DNA from: Eledone cirrhosa
Lineage: Eukaryota
Direction of reading: 5' to 3'
NCBI GenBank assembly: GCA_964016885.1
Contig: OZ024742.1
Span: 169,012,001 to 169,076,000 of the forward strand
Length of the DNA stretch: 64,000 bases
Shown here: positions 27,301-41,915 of the stretch, piece after piece
How positions within the stretch are numbered: the stretch's first letter is position 1
Layout of the letters: each line of letters begins with the position of its first letter
Notes under the pieces: model-generated
Told to the model about the DNA's origin: nothing
The model's input: the letters and a program-made list of their open reading frames with translations, nothing else
Databases searched by the model: none
Made by a program: the position numbers and the translations under genes

Positions 27301-29911
27301 AAATTATCTCCCCCTGATATTTTTTACAAATTATCTCCCCCTGATTTTTTTACAAATTATCTCCCCTTGGCTGGCTGGAAATTATCTCCCATTGGAGGCT
27401 GGAATTTATCTCCCCTTGGACGGCTAGAAATTACCTCGCCTTGGACGGCTGGAAAATATGTCTCCTTGGACGGCTGGAAATTATCTCCCCTTGGACGGCT
27501 GGAAATTATCTCCCCTTGGACGGCTGGAAATTATCTCCCCTTGGACGGCTAGATATTACCTCCCCTTGGACGGCTGGAAATTATCTCCCCTTGATTTTTT
27601 TTACAAATTATCTCCCCCTGATTTTTTTTTACAAATTATCTCCCCCTGATTTTTTTTTACGAATTATCTCCCCCCGATTTTTTTTTACAAATTATCTCCG
27701 CCTGATTTTTTTTTAAAAATTATCTCCCCTTGAACGGCTGGAAATTATCTCCCCTTGGACGGCTGGAAATTATCTCCCCTTGGACGGCTAGAAATTACCT
27801 CTCCTTGGACGGCTGAAAATTATCTCCCCTTGGACGGCTGCAAATTATCTCCCCTTGATTTTTTAACAAATTATCTCCCCCTGATTTTTTTTTACAAATT
27901 ATCTCCCCCTGATTTTTTTTTACAAATTATCTCCCCCTGATTTTTTTTTACAAATTATCTCCCCCTGATTTTTTTACAAATTATCTCCCCCTGATTTTTT
28001 TTACAATCTCCGCCTGATTTTTTTAAAAATTATCTTCCCTTGGACGGCTGGAAATTATATCCCCTTGGAAGGATGGAAATTATCTCCCCTTGGACGGCTG
28101 GAAATTATCTCCCCTTGGACGGCTGGAAATTATCTCCCCTTGGACAGCTGGAAATTATCTGCCCTTGATTTTGTTTTTACAAATTATCTCCCCCTGATTT
28201 TTTTTACAAATTATCTCCACCTGATTTTTTAAAAAATTATCTCCCCTTGGACGGCTGGAAATTATCTCCCCTTGATTTTTTTACAAATTATCTCCCCCTG
28301 ATTTTTTTTACAAATTATCTCCCCCTGATTTTTTGTTACAAATTATCTCCCCCTGATTTTTTTACAAATTATCTCCCCCTGATTTTTTTTACAAATTATC
28401 TCCGCCTGATTTTTTTAAATATTATCTTCCCTTGGCTGGCGGGAAATTATCTCCCCTTGGACGGCTGAAAATTATCTCCCCTTGGACGGCTGGAAATTAT
28501 CTCCCCTTGATTTTTTTACAAATTATCTCCCCCTGATTTTTTTTTACAAATTATCTCCCCCTGATTTTTTTTTACAAATTATCTCCCCCTGATTTTTTTT
28601 TACAAATTATCTCCCCCTGATTTTTTTTTACAAATTATCTCCCCCTGATTTTTTTACAAATTATCTACCCTTGGCTGGCTGGAAATTATCTCCCCTTGGA
28701 GGCTGGAATTTATCTCCCCTTGGACGGCTAGAAATTACCTCTCCTTGGACGGCTGGAAAATATGTCTCCTTGGACGGCTGGATATTATCTACCCTTGGAC
28801 GGCTGGAAATTATCTCCCCTTGGACGGCTGGAAATTATCTCCCCTTGGACGGCTAGAAATTACCTCTCCTTGGACGGCTGAAAATTATCTCCCCTTGATT
28901 TTTTTAACAAATTATCTCCCCCTGATTTTTTTTTACAAATTATCTCCCCCTGATTTTTTTTTACAAATTATCTACGCCTAATTTTTTTTACAAATTATCT
29001 CCCCCTGATTTTTTTTTACAAATTATCTCCCCCTGATTTTTTTAAATATTATCATCCCTTGGCTGGCGGGAAATTATCTCCCCTTGGACGGCTGAAAATT
29101 ATCTCCCCTTGGACGGCTGGAAATTATCTCCCCTTGATTTTTTTTACAAATTATCTCCCCCTGATTTTTTTTTTACAAATTATCTCCCCCTGATTTTTTT
29201 ACAAATTACCTCCCCCTGATTTTTTTTACAAATTATCTCCGCCTGATTTTTTTAAATATTATCTTCCCTTGGCTGGCGGGAAATTATCTCCCCTTGGACG
29301 GCTGAAAATTATCTCCCCTTGGACGGCTGGAAATTATCTCCCCTTGATTTTTTTTACAAATTATCTCCCCCTGATTATTTTTTACAAATTATCTTTCCCT
29401 GATTTTTTTTTACAAATTATCTCCCCCTGATTTTTTTTACAAATTATCTCCCCCTGATTTTTTTACAAATTATCTCCCCTTGGCTGGCTGGAAATTATCT
29501 CCCCTTGGAGGCTGGAATTTATCTCCCCTTGGACGGCTGGAAATTATCTCTCCTTGGACGGCTAGTAATTACCTCTCCTTGGACGGCTGGAAAATATGTC
29601 TCGTTGGAGGGCTGGAAATTATCTCTCCTTGGACGGCTGGAAATTATCTCTCCTTGGACGGCTAGAAATTACCTCTCCTTGGACGGCTGAAAATTATCTC
29701 TCCTTGGACGGCTGGAAATTATCTCCCCTTGGACGGCTAGATATTACCTCCCCTTGGACGGCTGGAAATTATCTCCCCTTGATTTTTTTTACAAATTATC
29801 TCCCCCTGATTTTTTTTACAAATTATCTCCACCTGATTTTTTTACAAATTATCTCCCCCTGATTTTTTTTACAAATTATCTCCGCCTAATTTTTTAAAAT
29901 ATTATCTTCCC

Positions 29912-32900
29912 TTGGCTGGCGGGAAATTATCTCCCCTTACACGGCTGAAAATTATCTCCCCTTGGACGGCTGGAAATTATCTCCCCTTGATTTTTTTTAC
30001 AAATTATCTCCCCCTGATTTTTTTTACAAATTATCTCTCCCTGATTTTTTTTTACAAATTATCTCCCCCTGATTTTTTTTTACAAATTATCTCCCCCTGA
30101 TTTTTTTTACAAATTATCTCCCCCTGATTTTTTTACAAATTATCTCCCCTTGGCTGGCTGGAAATTATCTCCCCTTGGAGGCTGGAATTTATCTCCCCTT
30201 GGACGGCTAGAAATTACCTCTCCTTGGACGGCTGGAAAATATGTCCTTGGACGGCTGGATATTATCTCCCCTTGGACGGCTGGAAATTATCTCCCCTTGG
30301 ACGGCTGGAAATTATCTCCCCTTGGACGGCTAGATATTACCTCCCCTTGGACGGCTGGAAATTATCTCCCCTTGATTTTTTTTACAAATTATCTCCCCCT
30401 GATTTTTTTTTACAAATTATCTCCCCCTGATTTTTTTTTACGAAGTATCTCCCCCTGATTTTTTTTTACAAATTATCTCCGCCTGATTTTTTTTTAAAAA
30501 TTATCTCCCCTTGAACGGCTGGAAATTATCTCCCCTTGGACGGCTGGAAATTATCTCCCCTTGGACGGCTAGAAATTACCTCTCCTTGGACGGCTGAAAA
30601 TTATCTCCCCTTGGACGGCTGCAAATTATCTCCCCTTGATTTTTTAACAAATTATCTCCCCCTGATTTTTTTTTACAAATTATCTCCCCCTGATTTTTTT
30701 TTACAAATTATCTACGCCTAATTTTTTTTACAAATTATCTCCCCCTGATTTTTTTTTACAAATTATCTCCCCCTGATTTTTTTTACAAATTATCTCCCCC
30801 TGATTTTTTTTTACAAATTATTTCCCCCTGATTTTTTTACAAATTATCTCCCCCCTGATTTTTTTTACAATCTCCGCCTGATTTTTTTAAAAATTATCTT
30901 CCCTTGGCTGGCGGGAAATTATCTCCCCTTGGACGGCTGGAAATTATATCCCCTTGGAAGGATGGAAATTATCTCCCCTTGGACGGCTGGAAATTATCTC
31001 CCCTTGGACGGCTGGAAATTATCTCCCCTTGGACAGCTGGAAATTATCTGCCCTTGATTTTGTTTTTACAAATTATCTCCCCCTGATTTTTTTTACAAAT
31101 TATCTCCACCTGATTTTTTAAAAAATTATCTCCCCTTGGACGGCTGGAAATTATCTCCCCTTGATTTTTTTTACAAATTATCTCCCCCTGATTTTTTTTT
31201 ACAAATTATCTCCCCCTGATTTTTTTTTACAAATTATCTCCCCCTGATTTTTTTTTACAAATTATCTCACCCTGATTTTTTTTACAAATTATCAGTCCCT
31301 GATTTTTTTACAAATTATCTCCCCTTGGCTGGCTGGAAATTATCTCCCCTTGGAGGCTGGAATTTATCTCCCCTTGGACGGCTAGAAATTACCTCTCCTT
31401 GGACGGCTGGAAAATATGTCTCCTTGGACGGCTGGATATTATCTACCCTTGGACGGCTGGAAATTATCTCCCCTTGGACGGCTGGAAATTATCTCCTCTT
31501 GGACGGCTAGATATTACCTCCCCTTGGACGGCTGGAAATTATCTCCCCTTGATTTTTTTACAAATTATCTCCCCCTGATTTTTTTACAAATTATCTCCCC
31601 CTGATTTTTTTTACAAATTATCTCCGCCTAATTTTTTTAAATATTATCTTCCCTTGGCTGGCGGGAAATTATCTCCCCTTGGACGGCTGAAAATTATCTC
31701 CCCTTGGACGGCTGGAAATTATCTCCCCTTGATTTTTTTTACAAATTATCTCCCCTTGATTTTTTTTTACAAATTATCTCCCCCTGATTTTTTTTTACAA
31801 ATTATCTCCCCCTGATTTTTTTACAAATTATCTCCCCTTGGCTGGCTGGAAATTATCTCCCCTTGGAGGCTGGAATTTATCTCCCCTTGGACGGCTAGAA
31901 ATTACCTCTCCTTGGACGGATGGAAAATGTCCTTGGACGGCTGGATATTATCTACGCTTGGACGGCTGGAAATTATCTCCCCTTGGACGGCTGGAAATTA
32001 TCTCCCCTTGGACGGCTAGATATTACCTCCCCTTGGACGGCTGGAAATTATCTCCCCTTGATTTTTTTTACAAATTATCTCCCCCTGATTTTTTTTTACA
32101 AATTATCTCCCCCTGATTTTTTTTTACAAATTATCTCCCCCTGATTTTTTTTTACAAATTATCTACCCCTGATTTTTTTTTACAAATTATCTCCCCCTGA
32201 TTTTTTTTACAAATTATCTCCCCCTGATTTTTTTTTACAAATTATCTCCCCCTGATTTTTTTTTACAAATTATCTACCCCTGATTTTTTTTACAAATTAT
32301 CTCCCCCTGATTTTTTTTACAAATTATCTCCCCCTGATTTTGTTTACAAATTATCTCCCCCTGATTTTTTTACAAATTATCTCCCCCTGATTTTTTTTAC
32401 AAATTATCTCCGCCTAATTTTTTTAAATATTATCTTCCCTTGGCTGGCGGGAAATTATCTCCCCTTGGACGGCTGAAAATTATCTCCCCTTGGACGGCTG
32501 GAAATTATCTCCCCTTGATTTTTTTTACAAATTATCTCCCCCTGATTATTTTTTACAAATTATCTTTCCCTGATTTTTTTTTACAAATTATCTCCCCCTG
32601 ATTTTTTTTACAAATTATCTCCCCCTGATTTTTTTACAAATTATCTCCCCTTGGCTGGCTGGAAATTATCTCCCCTTGGAGGCTGGAAATTATCTCTCCT
32701 TGGACGGCTAGTAATTACCTCTCCTTGGACGGCTGGAAAATATGTCTCGTTGGAGGGCTGGAAATTATCTCCCCTTGGACGGCTGGAAATTATCTCTCCT
32801 TGGACGGCTAGAAATTACCTCTCCTTGGACGGCTGAAAATTATCTCTCCTTGGACGGCTGGAAATTATCTCCCCTTGGACGGCTAGATATTACCTCCCCT

Positions 32901-35900
32901 TGGACGGCTGGAAATTATCTCCCCTTGATTTTTTTTACAAATTATCTCCCCCTGATTTTTTTTACAAATTATCTCCACCTGATTTTTTTACAAATTATCT
33001 CCCCCTGATTTTTTTTACAAATTATCTCCGCCTAATTTTTTAAAATATTATCTTCCCTTGGCTGGCGGGAAATTATCTCCCCTTGGACGGCTGAAAATTA
33101 TCTCCCCTTGGACGGCTGGAAATTATCTCCCCTTGATTTTTTTTACAAATTATCTCCCCCTGATTTTTTTTTACAAATTATCTCCCCCTGATTTTTTTTT
33201 ACAAATTATCTCCCCCTGATTTTTTTTACAAATTATCTCCCCTTGGCTGGCTGGAAATTATCTCCCCTTGGAGGCTGGAATTTATCTCCCCTTGGACGGC
33301 TAGAAATTACCTCTCCTTGGACGGCTGGAAAATATGTCCTTGGACGGCTGGATATTATCTACCCTTGGACGGCTGGAAATTATCTCCCCTTGGACGGCTG
33401 GAAATTATCTCCCCTTGGACGGCTAGATATTACCTCCCCTTGGACGGCTGGAAATTATCTCCCCTTGATTTTTTTTACAAATTATCTCCCCCTGATTTTT
33501 TTTACAAATCTAATGATTTTTAAAAAAAAATTATCTCCCCTTCGCTGGCTGGAAATTATCTCCCCTTGGACGCTGGAAATTATAGCCCCTTGGAGGGCTG
33601 GAAATTATCTTCCCTTGGACGGCTGGAAATTATCTCCCCTTGGCTCGAAATTATCTCCCCTTGGACGGCTAGAAATTATCTCTTTGGACGGCTGGAAATT
33701 ATCTCCCTTTGATTTTTTTTACAAATTATCTCCCCCTGATTTTTTTACAAATCTCCCCCTGATTTTTTAAAAAAAATTATCTCCACTTCGCTGGCTGGAA
33801 ATTATCTCCCCTTGGACACTGGAAATTATAGCCCCTTGGAGGGCTGGAAATTATCTTCCCTTGGACGGCTGGAAATTATCTCTGCTTGATTTTTTTTACA
33901 AATTATCTCCCCCTGATTTTTTTTACAAATTATCCCCCCCGATTTTTTTTACAAATTATCTCCCCCTGATTTTTTTTACAAATTATCTCCCCTTGGACGG
34001 CTGGAAATTATCTCCCCTTGGACGGCTGGAAATTATCTCCCCTTGGACGGCTAGAAATTACCTCTCCTTGGACGACTGAAAATTATCTCCCCTTGGACGG
34101 CTGCAAATTATCTCCCCTTGATTTTTTTTACAAATTATCTCCGCCTGATTTTTTTTTTAAAATTATCTCCCCTTGGACGGCTGGAAATTACCTCCCCTTG
34201 GACGGCTGGAAATTATCTCCCCTTGGACGGCTAGAAATTACCTCTCATTGGACGGCTGAAAATTATCTCCCCTTGGACGGCTGGAAATTATCTCCCCTTG
34301 ATTTTTTTACAAATTATCTCCCCCTGATTTTTTTTTTACAAATTATCTCCGCCTGATTTTTTTTTAAAATTATCTCTCCTTGGAAGGCTGGATATTATCT
34401 CCCCTTTCATTTTTTTTACAAATTATCTCCCCCTGATTTTTTTTACAAATTATCTCCCCCTGATTTTTTTTTACAAATTATCTACCCCTAATTTTTTTTT
34501 ACAAATTATCTCCCCCTGATTTTTTTTACAAATTATCTCCCCCTGATTTTTTTTTTACAAATTATCTCCCCCTGATTTTTTTACAAATTATCTCCCCCTG
34601 ATTTTTTTTACAAATTATCTCCGCCTGATTTTTTTAAATATTATCTTCTCTTGGCTGGCGGGAAATTATCTCCCCTTACACGGCTGAAAATTATCTCCCC
34701 TTGGACGGCTGGAAATTATCTCCCCTTGATTTTTTTTTACAAATTATCTCCCCCTGATTTTTTTTACAAATTATCTCTCCCTGATTTTTTTTTACAAATT
34801 ATCTCCCCCTGATTTTTTTTTACAAATTATCTCCCCCTGATTTTTTTTACAAATTATCTCCCCCTGATTTTTTTACAAATTATCTCCCCTTGGCTGGCTG
34901 GAAATTATCTCCCCTTGGAGGCTGGAATTTATCTCCCCTTGGACGGCTAGAAATTACCTCTCCTTGGACGGCTGGAAAATATGTACTTGGACGGCTGGAT
35001 ATTATCTCCCCTTGGACGGCTGGAAATTATCTCCCCTTGGACGGCTGGAAATTATCTCCCCTTGGACGGCTAGATATTACCTCCCCTTGGACGGCTGGAA
35101 ATTATCTCCCCTTGATTTTTTTTACAAATTATCTCCCCCTGATTTTTTTTTACAAATTATCTCCCCCTGATTTTTTTTTACGAAGTATCTCCCCCTGATT
35201 TTTTTTTACAAATTATCTCCGCCTGATTTTTTTTTAAAAATTATCTCCCCTTGAACGGCTGGAAATTATCTCCCCTTGGACGGCTGGAAATTATCTCCCC
35301 TTGGACGGCTAGAAATTACCTCTCCTTGGACGGCTGAAAATTATCTCCCCTTGGACGGCTGCAAATTATCTCCCCTTGATTTTTTAACAAATTATCTCCC
35401 CCTGATTTTTTTTTACAAATTATCTCCCCCTGATTTTTTTTTACAAATTATCTACGCCTAATTTTTTTTACAAATTATCTCCCCCTGATTTTTTTTTACA
35501 AATTATCTCCCCCTGATTTTTTTTACAAATTATCTCCCCCTGATTTTTTTTTACAAATTATTTCCCCCTGATTTTTTTACAAATTATCTCCCCCCTGATT
35601 TTTTTTACAATCTCCGCCAGATTTTTTTAAAAATTATCTTCCCTTGGCTGGCGGGAAATTATCTCCCCTTGGACGGCTGGAAATTATATCCTCTTGGAAG
35701 GATGGAAATTATCTCCCCTTGGACGGCTGGAAATTATCTCCCCTTGGACGGCTGGAAATTATCTCCCCTTGGACAGCTGGAAATTATCTGCCCTTGATTT
35801 TGTTTTTACAAATTATCTCCCCCTGATTTTTTTTACAAATTATCTCCACCTGATTTTTTAAAAAATTATCTCCCCTTGGACGGCTGGAAATTATCTCCCC

Positions 35901-38900
35901 TTGATTTTTTTTACAAATTATCTCCCCCTGATTTTTTTTTACAAATTATCTCCCCCTGATTTTTTTTTACAAATTATCTCCCCCTGATTTTTTTTTACAA
36001 ATTATCTCACCCTGATTTTTTTTACAAATTATCAGTCCCTGATTTTTTTACAAATTATCTCCCCTTGGCTGGCTGGAAATTATCTCCCCTTGGAGGCTGG
36101 AATTTATCTCCCCTTGGACGGCTAGAAATTACCTCTCCTTGGACGGCTGGAAAATATGTCTCCTTGGACGGCTGGATATTATCTACCCTTGGACGGCTGG
36201 AAATTATCTCCCCTTGGACGGCTGGAAATTATCTCCTCTTGGACGGCTAGATATTACCTCCCCTTGGACGGCTGGAAATTATCTCCCCTTGATTTTTTTA
36301 CAAATTATCTCCCCCTGATTTTTTTACAAATTATCTCCCCCTGATTTTTTTTACAAATTATCTCCGCCTAATTTTTTTAAATATTATCTTCCCTTGGCTG
36401 GCGGGAAATTATCTCCCCTTGGACGGCTGAAAATTATCTCCCCTTGGACGGCTGGAAATTATCTCCCCTTGATTTTTTTTACAAATTATCTCCCCCTGAT
36501 TTTTTTTTACAAATTATCTCCCCCTGATTTTTTTTTACAAATTATCTCCCCCTGATTTTTTTACAAATTATCTCCCCTTGGCTGGCTGGAAATTATCTCC
36601 CCTTGGAGGCTGGAATTTATCTCCCCTTGGACGGCTAGAAATTACCTCTCCTTGGACGGATGGAAAATGTCCTTGGACGGCTGGATATTATCTACCCTTG
36701 GACGGCTGGAAATTATCTCCCCTTGGACGGCTGGAAATTATCTCCCCTTGGACGGCTAGATATTACCTCCCCTTGGACGGCTGGAAATTATCTCCCCTTG
36801 ATTTTTTTTACAAATTATCTCCCCCTGATTTTTTTTTACAAATTATCTCCCCCTGATTTTTTTTTACAAATTATCTCCCCCTGATTTTTTTTTACAAATT
36901 ATCTACCCCTGATTTTTTTTTACAAATTATCTCCCCCTGATTTTTTTTACAAATTATCTCCCCCTGATTTTTTTTTACAAATTATCTCCCCCTGATTTTT
37001 TTTTACAAATTATCTACCCCTGATTTTTTTTACAAATTATCTCCCCCTGATTTTTTTTACAAATTATCTCCCCCTGATTTTGTTTACAAATTATCTCCCC
37101 CTGATTTTTTTACAAATTATCTCCCCCTGATTTTTTTTACAAATTATCTCCGCCTAATTTTTTTAAATATTATCTTCCCTTGGCTGGCGGGAAATTATCT
37201 CCCCTTGGACGGCTGAAAATTATCTCCCCTTGGACGGCTGGAAATTATCTCCCCTTGATTTTTTTTACAAATTATCTCCCCCTGATTATTTTTTACAAAT
37301 TATCTTTCCCTGATTTTTTTTTACAAATTATCTCCCCCTGATTTTTTTTACAAATTATCTCCCCCTGATTTTTTTACAAATTATCTCCCCTTGGCTGGCT
37401 GGAAATTATCTCCCCTTGGAGGCTGAAATTTATCTCCCCTTGGACGGCTGGAAATTATCTCTCCTTGGACGGCTAGTAATTACCTCTCCTTGGACGGCTG
37501 GAAAATATGTCTCGTTGGAGGGCTGGAAATTATCTCCCCTTGGACGGCTGGAAATTATCTCTCCTTGGACGGCTAGAAATTACCTCTCCTTGGACGGCTG
37601 AAAATTATCTCTCCTTGGACGGCTGGAAATTATCTCCCCTTGGACGGCTAGATATTACCTCCCCTTGGACGGCTGGAAATTATCTCCCCTTGATTTTTTT
37701 TACAAATTATCTCCCCCTGATATTTTTTACAAATTATCTCCACCTGATTTTTTTACAAATTATCTCCCCCTGATTTTTTTTACAAATTATCTCCGCCTAA
37801 TTTTTTAAAATATTATCTTCCCTTGGCTGGCGGGAAATTATCTCCCCTTGGACGGCTGAAAATTATCTCCCCTTGGACGGCTGGAAATTATCTCCCCTTG
37901 ATTTTTTTTACAAATTATCTCCCCCTGATTTTTTTTTACAAATTATCTCCCCCTGATTTTTTTTTACAAATTATCTCCCCCTGATTTTTTTTACAAATTA
38001 TCTCCCCTTGGCTGGCTGGAAATTATCTCCCCTTGGAGGCTGGAATTTATCTCCCCTTGGACGGCTAGAAATTACCTCTCCTTGGACGGCTGGAAAATAT
38101 GTCCTTGGACGGCTGGATATTATCTACCCTTGGACGGCTGGAAATTATCTCCCCTTGGACGGCTGGAAATTATCTCCCCTTGGACGGCTAGATATTACCT
38201 CCCCTTGGACGGCTGGAAATTATCTCCCCTTGATTTTTTTTACAAATTATCTCCCCCTGATTTTTTTTACAAATCTAATGATTTTTTAAAAAAAATTATC
38301 TCCCCTTCGCTGGCTGGAAATTATCTCCCCTTGGACGCTGGAAATTATAGCCCCTTGGAGGGCTGGAAATTATCTTCCCTTGGACGGCTGGAAATTATCT
38401 CCCCTTGGCTCGAAATTATCTCCCCTTGGACGGCTAGAAATTATCTCTTTGGACGGCTGGAAATTATCTCCCTTTGATTTTTTTTACAAATTATCTCCCC
38501 CTGATTTTTTTACAAATCTCCCCCTGATTTTTTAAAAAAAATTATCTCCACTTCGCTGGCTGGAAATTATCTCCCCTTGGACACTGGAAATTATAGCCCC
38601 TTGGAGGGCTGGAAATTATCTTCCCTTGGACGGCTGGAAATTATCTCTGCTTGATTTTTTTTACAAATTATCTCCCCCTGATTTTTTTTTACAAATTATC
38701 CCCCCCGATTTTTTTTACAAATTATCTCCCCCTGATTTTTTTTACAAATTATCTCCCCTTGGACGGCTGGAAATTATCTCCCCTTGGACGGCTGGAAATT
38801 ATCTCCCCTTGGACGGCTAGAAATTACCTCTCCTTGGACGACTGAAAATTATCTCCCCTTGGACGGCTGCAAATTATCTCCCCTTGATTTTTTTTACAAA

Positions 38901-41900
38901 TTATCTCCGCCTGATTTTTTTTTTTAAATTATCTCCCCTTGGACGGCTGGAAATTACCTCCCCTTGGACGGCTGGAAATTATCTCCCCTTGGACGGCTAG
39001 AAATTACCTCTCATTGGACGGCTGAAAATTATCTCCCCTTGGACGGCTGGAAATTATCTCCCCTTGATTTTTTTTACAAATTATCTCCCCCTGATTTTTT
39101 TACAAATTATCTCCGCCTGATTTTTTTTTTAAATTATCTCTCCTTGGAAGGCTGGATATTATCTCCCCTTTCATTTTTTTTACAAATTATCTCCCCCTGA
39201 TTTTTTTTACAAATTATCTCCCCCTGATTTTTTTTTACAAATTATCTACCCCTAATTTTTTTTTACAAATTATCTCCCCCTGATTTTTTTTACAAATTAT
39301 CTCCCCCTGATTTTTTTTTTACAAATTATCTCCCCCTGATTTTTTTACAAATTATCTCCCCCTGATTTTTTTTACAAATTATCTCCGCCTGATTTTTTTA
39401 AATATTATCTTCTCTTGGCTGGCGGGAAATCATCTCCCCTTACACGGCTGAAAATTATCTCCCCTTGGACGGCTGGAAATTATCTCCCCTTGATTTTTTT
39501 TACAAATTATCTCCCCCTGATTTTTTTTACAAATTATCTCTCCCTGATTTTTTTTTACAAATTATCTCCCCCTGATTTTTTTTTACAAATTGTCTCCCCC
39601 TGATTTTTTTACAAATTATCTCCCCTTGGCTGGCTGGAAATTATCTCCCCTTGGAGGCTGGAATTTATCTCCCCTTGGACGGCTAGAAATTACCTCTCCT
39701 TGGACGGCTGGAAAATATGTCCTTGGACGGCTGGATATTATCTCCCCTTGGACGGCTGGAAATTATCTCCCCTTGGACGGCTGGAAATTATCTCCCCTTG
39801 GACGGCTAGATATTACCTCCCCTTGGACGGCTGGAAATTATCTCCCCTTGATTTTTTTTACAAATTATCTCCCCCTGATTTTTTTTTACAAATTATCTCC
39901 CCCTGATTTTTTTTTACGAAGTATCTCCCCCTGATTTTTTTTTACAAATTATCTCCGCCTGATTTTTTTTTTAAAATTATCTCCCCTTGAACGGCTGGAA
40001 ATTATCTCCCCTTGGACGGCTGGAAATTATCTCCCCTTGGAAGGCTAGAAATTACCTCTCCTTGGACGGCTGAAAATTATCTCCCCTTGGACGGCTGCAA
40101 ATTATCTCCCCTTGATTTTTTAACAAATTATCTCCCCCTGATTTTTTTTTACAAATTATCTCCCCCTGATTTTTTTTTACAAATTATCTACGCCTAATTT
40201 TTTTTACAAATTATCTCCCCCTGATTTTTTTTTACAAATTATCTCCCCCTGATTTTTTTTACAAATTATCTCCCCCTGATTTTTTTTTACAAATTATTTC
40301 CCCCTGATTTTTTTACAAATTATCTCCCCCCTGATTTTTTTTACAATCTCCGCCTGATTTTTTTAAAAATTATCTTCCCTTGGCTGGCGGGAAATTATCT
40401 CCCCTTGGACGGCTGGAAATTATATCCCCTTGGAAGGATGGAAATTATCTCCCCTTGGACGGCTGGAAATTATCTCCCCTTGGACGGCTGGAAATTATCT
40501 CCCCTTGGACAGCTGGAAATTATCTGCCCTTGATTTTGTTTTTACAAATTATCTCCCCCTGATTTTTTTTACAAATTATCTCCACCTGATTTTTTTAAAA
40601 ATTATCTCCCCTTGGACGGCTGGAAATTATCTCCCCTTGATTTTTTTTACAAATTATCTCCCCCTGATTTTTTTTTACAAATTATCTCCCCCTGATTTTT
40701 TTTTACAAATTATCTCCCCCTGATTTTTTTTTACAAATTATCTCACCCTGATTTTTTTTACAAATTATCAGTCCCTGATTTTTTTACAAATTATCTCCCC
40801 TTGGCTGGCTGGAAATTATCTCCCCTTGGAGGCTGGAATTTATCTCCCCTTGGACGGCTAGAAATTACCTCTCCTTGGACGGCTGGAAAATATGTCTCCT
40901 TGGACGGCTGGATATTATCTACCCTTGGACGGCTGGAAATTATCTCCCCTTGGACGGCTGGAAATTATCTCCTCTTGGACGGCTAGATATTACCTCCCCT
41001 TGGACGGCTGGAAATTATCTCCCCTTGATTTTTTTACAAATTATCTCCCCCTGATTTTTTTACAAATTATCTCCCCCTGATTTTTTTTACAAATTATCTC
41101 CGCCTAATTTTTTTAAATATTATCTTCCCTTGGCTGGCGGGAAATTATCTCCCCTTGGACGGCTGAAAATTATCTCCCCTTGGACGGCTGGAAATTATCT
41201 CCCCTTGATTTTTTTTACAAATTATCTCCCCCTGATTTTTTTTTACAAATTATCTCCCCCTGATTTTTTTTTACAAATTATCTCCCCCTGATTTTTTTAC
41301 AAATTATCTCCCCTTGGCTGGCTGGAAATTATCTCCCCTTGGAGGCTGGAATTTATCTCCCCTTGGACGGCTAGAAATTACCTCTCCTTGGACGGATGGA
41401 AAATGTCCTTGGACGGCTGGATATTATCTACCCTTGGACGGCTGGAAATTATCTCCCCTTGGACGGCTGGAAATTATCTCCCCTTGGACGGCTAGATATT
41501 ACCTCCCCTTGGACGGCTGGAAATTATCTCCCCTTGATTTTTTTTACAAATTATCTCCCCCTGATTTTTTTTTACAAATTATCTCCCCCTGATTTTTTTT
41601 TACAAATTATCTCCCCCTGATTTTTTTTTACAAATTATCTACCCCTGATTTTTTTTTACAAATTATCTCCCCCTGATTTTTTTTACAAATTATCTCCCCC
41701 TGATTTTTTTTTACAAATTATCTCCCCCTGATTTTTTTTTACAAATTATCTACCCCTGATTTTTTTTACAAATTATCTCCCCCTGATTTTTTTTACAAAT
41801 TATCTCCCCCTGATTTTGTTTACAAATTATCTCCCCCTGATTTTTTTACAAATTATCTCCCCCTGATTTTTTTTACAAATTATCTCCGCCTAATTTTTTT

Positions 41901-41915
41901 AAATATTATCTTCCC
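29912..41915 (+). repeat. Middle HOR domain: about 2.5 copies of a ~4.74 kb unit
   Basis: TTACACGG marker at ~29937, 34676, 39440. ATCAGTCC marker at ~31291, 36031, 40767. ORF series 31325/36065/40801 and 31838/36578/41314 (offsets 4740 and 4736). Confidence 0.9.

Larger units (their letters stand above)
316..29911 (+). repeat. Left HOR domain: ~9.2-9.4 kb higher-order units with an ~18.55-18.6 kb super-period
   Basis: The GGAAGGATGG landmark with the same downstream variant series lies at 316, 9519, 18916 and 28067 (spacings 9203, 9397, 9151). Equivalent ORF translations lie at 496/9699/19096/28247 and at 7238/25787 and 8498/27047 (offset 18549). Confidence 0.9.
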
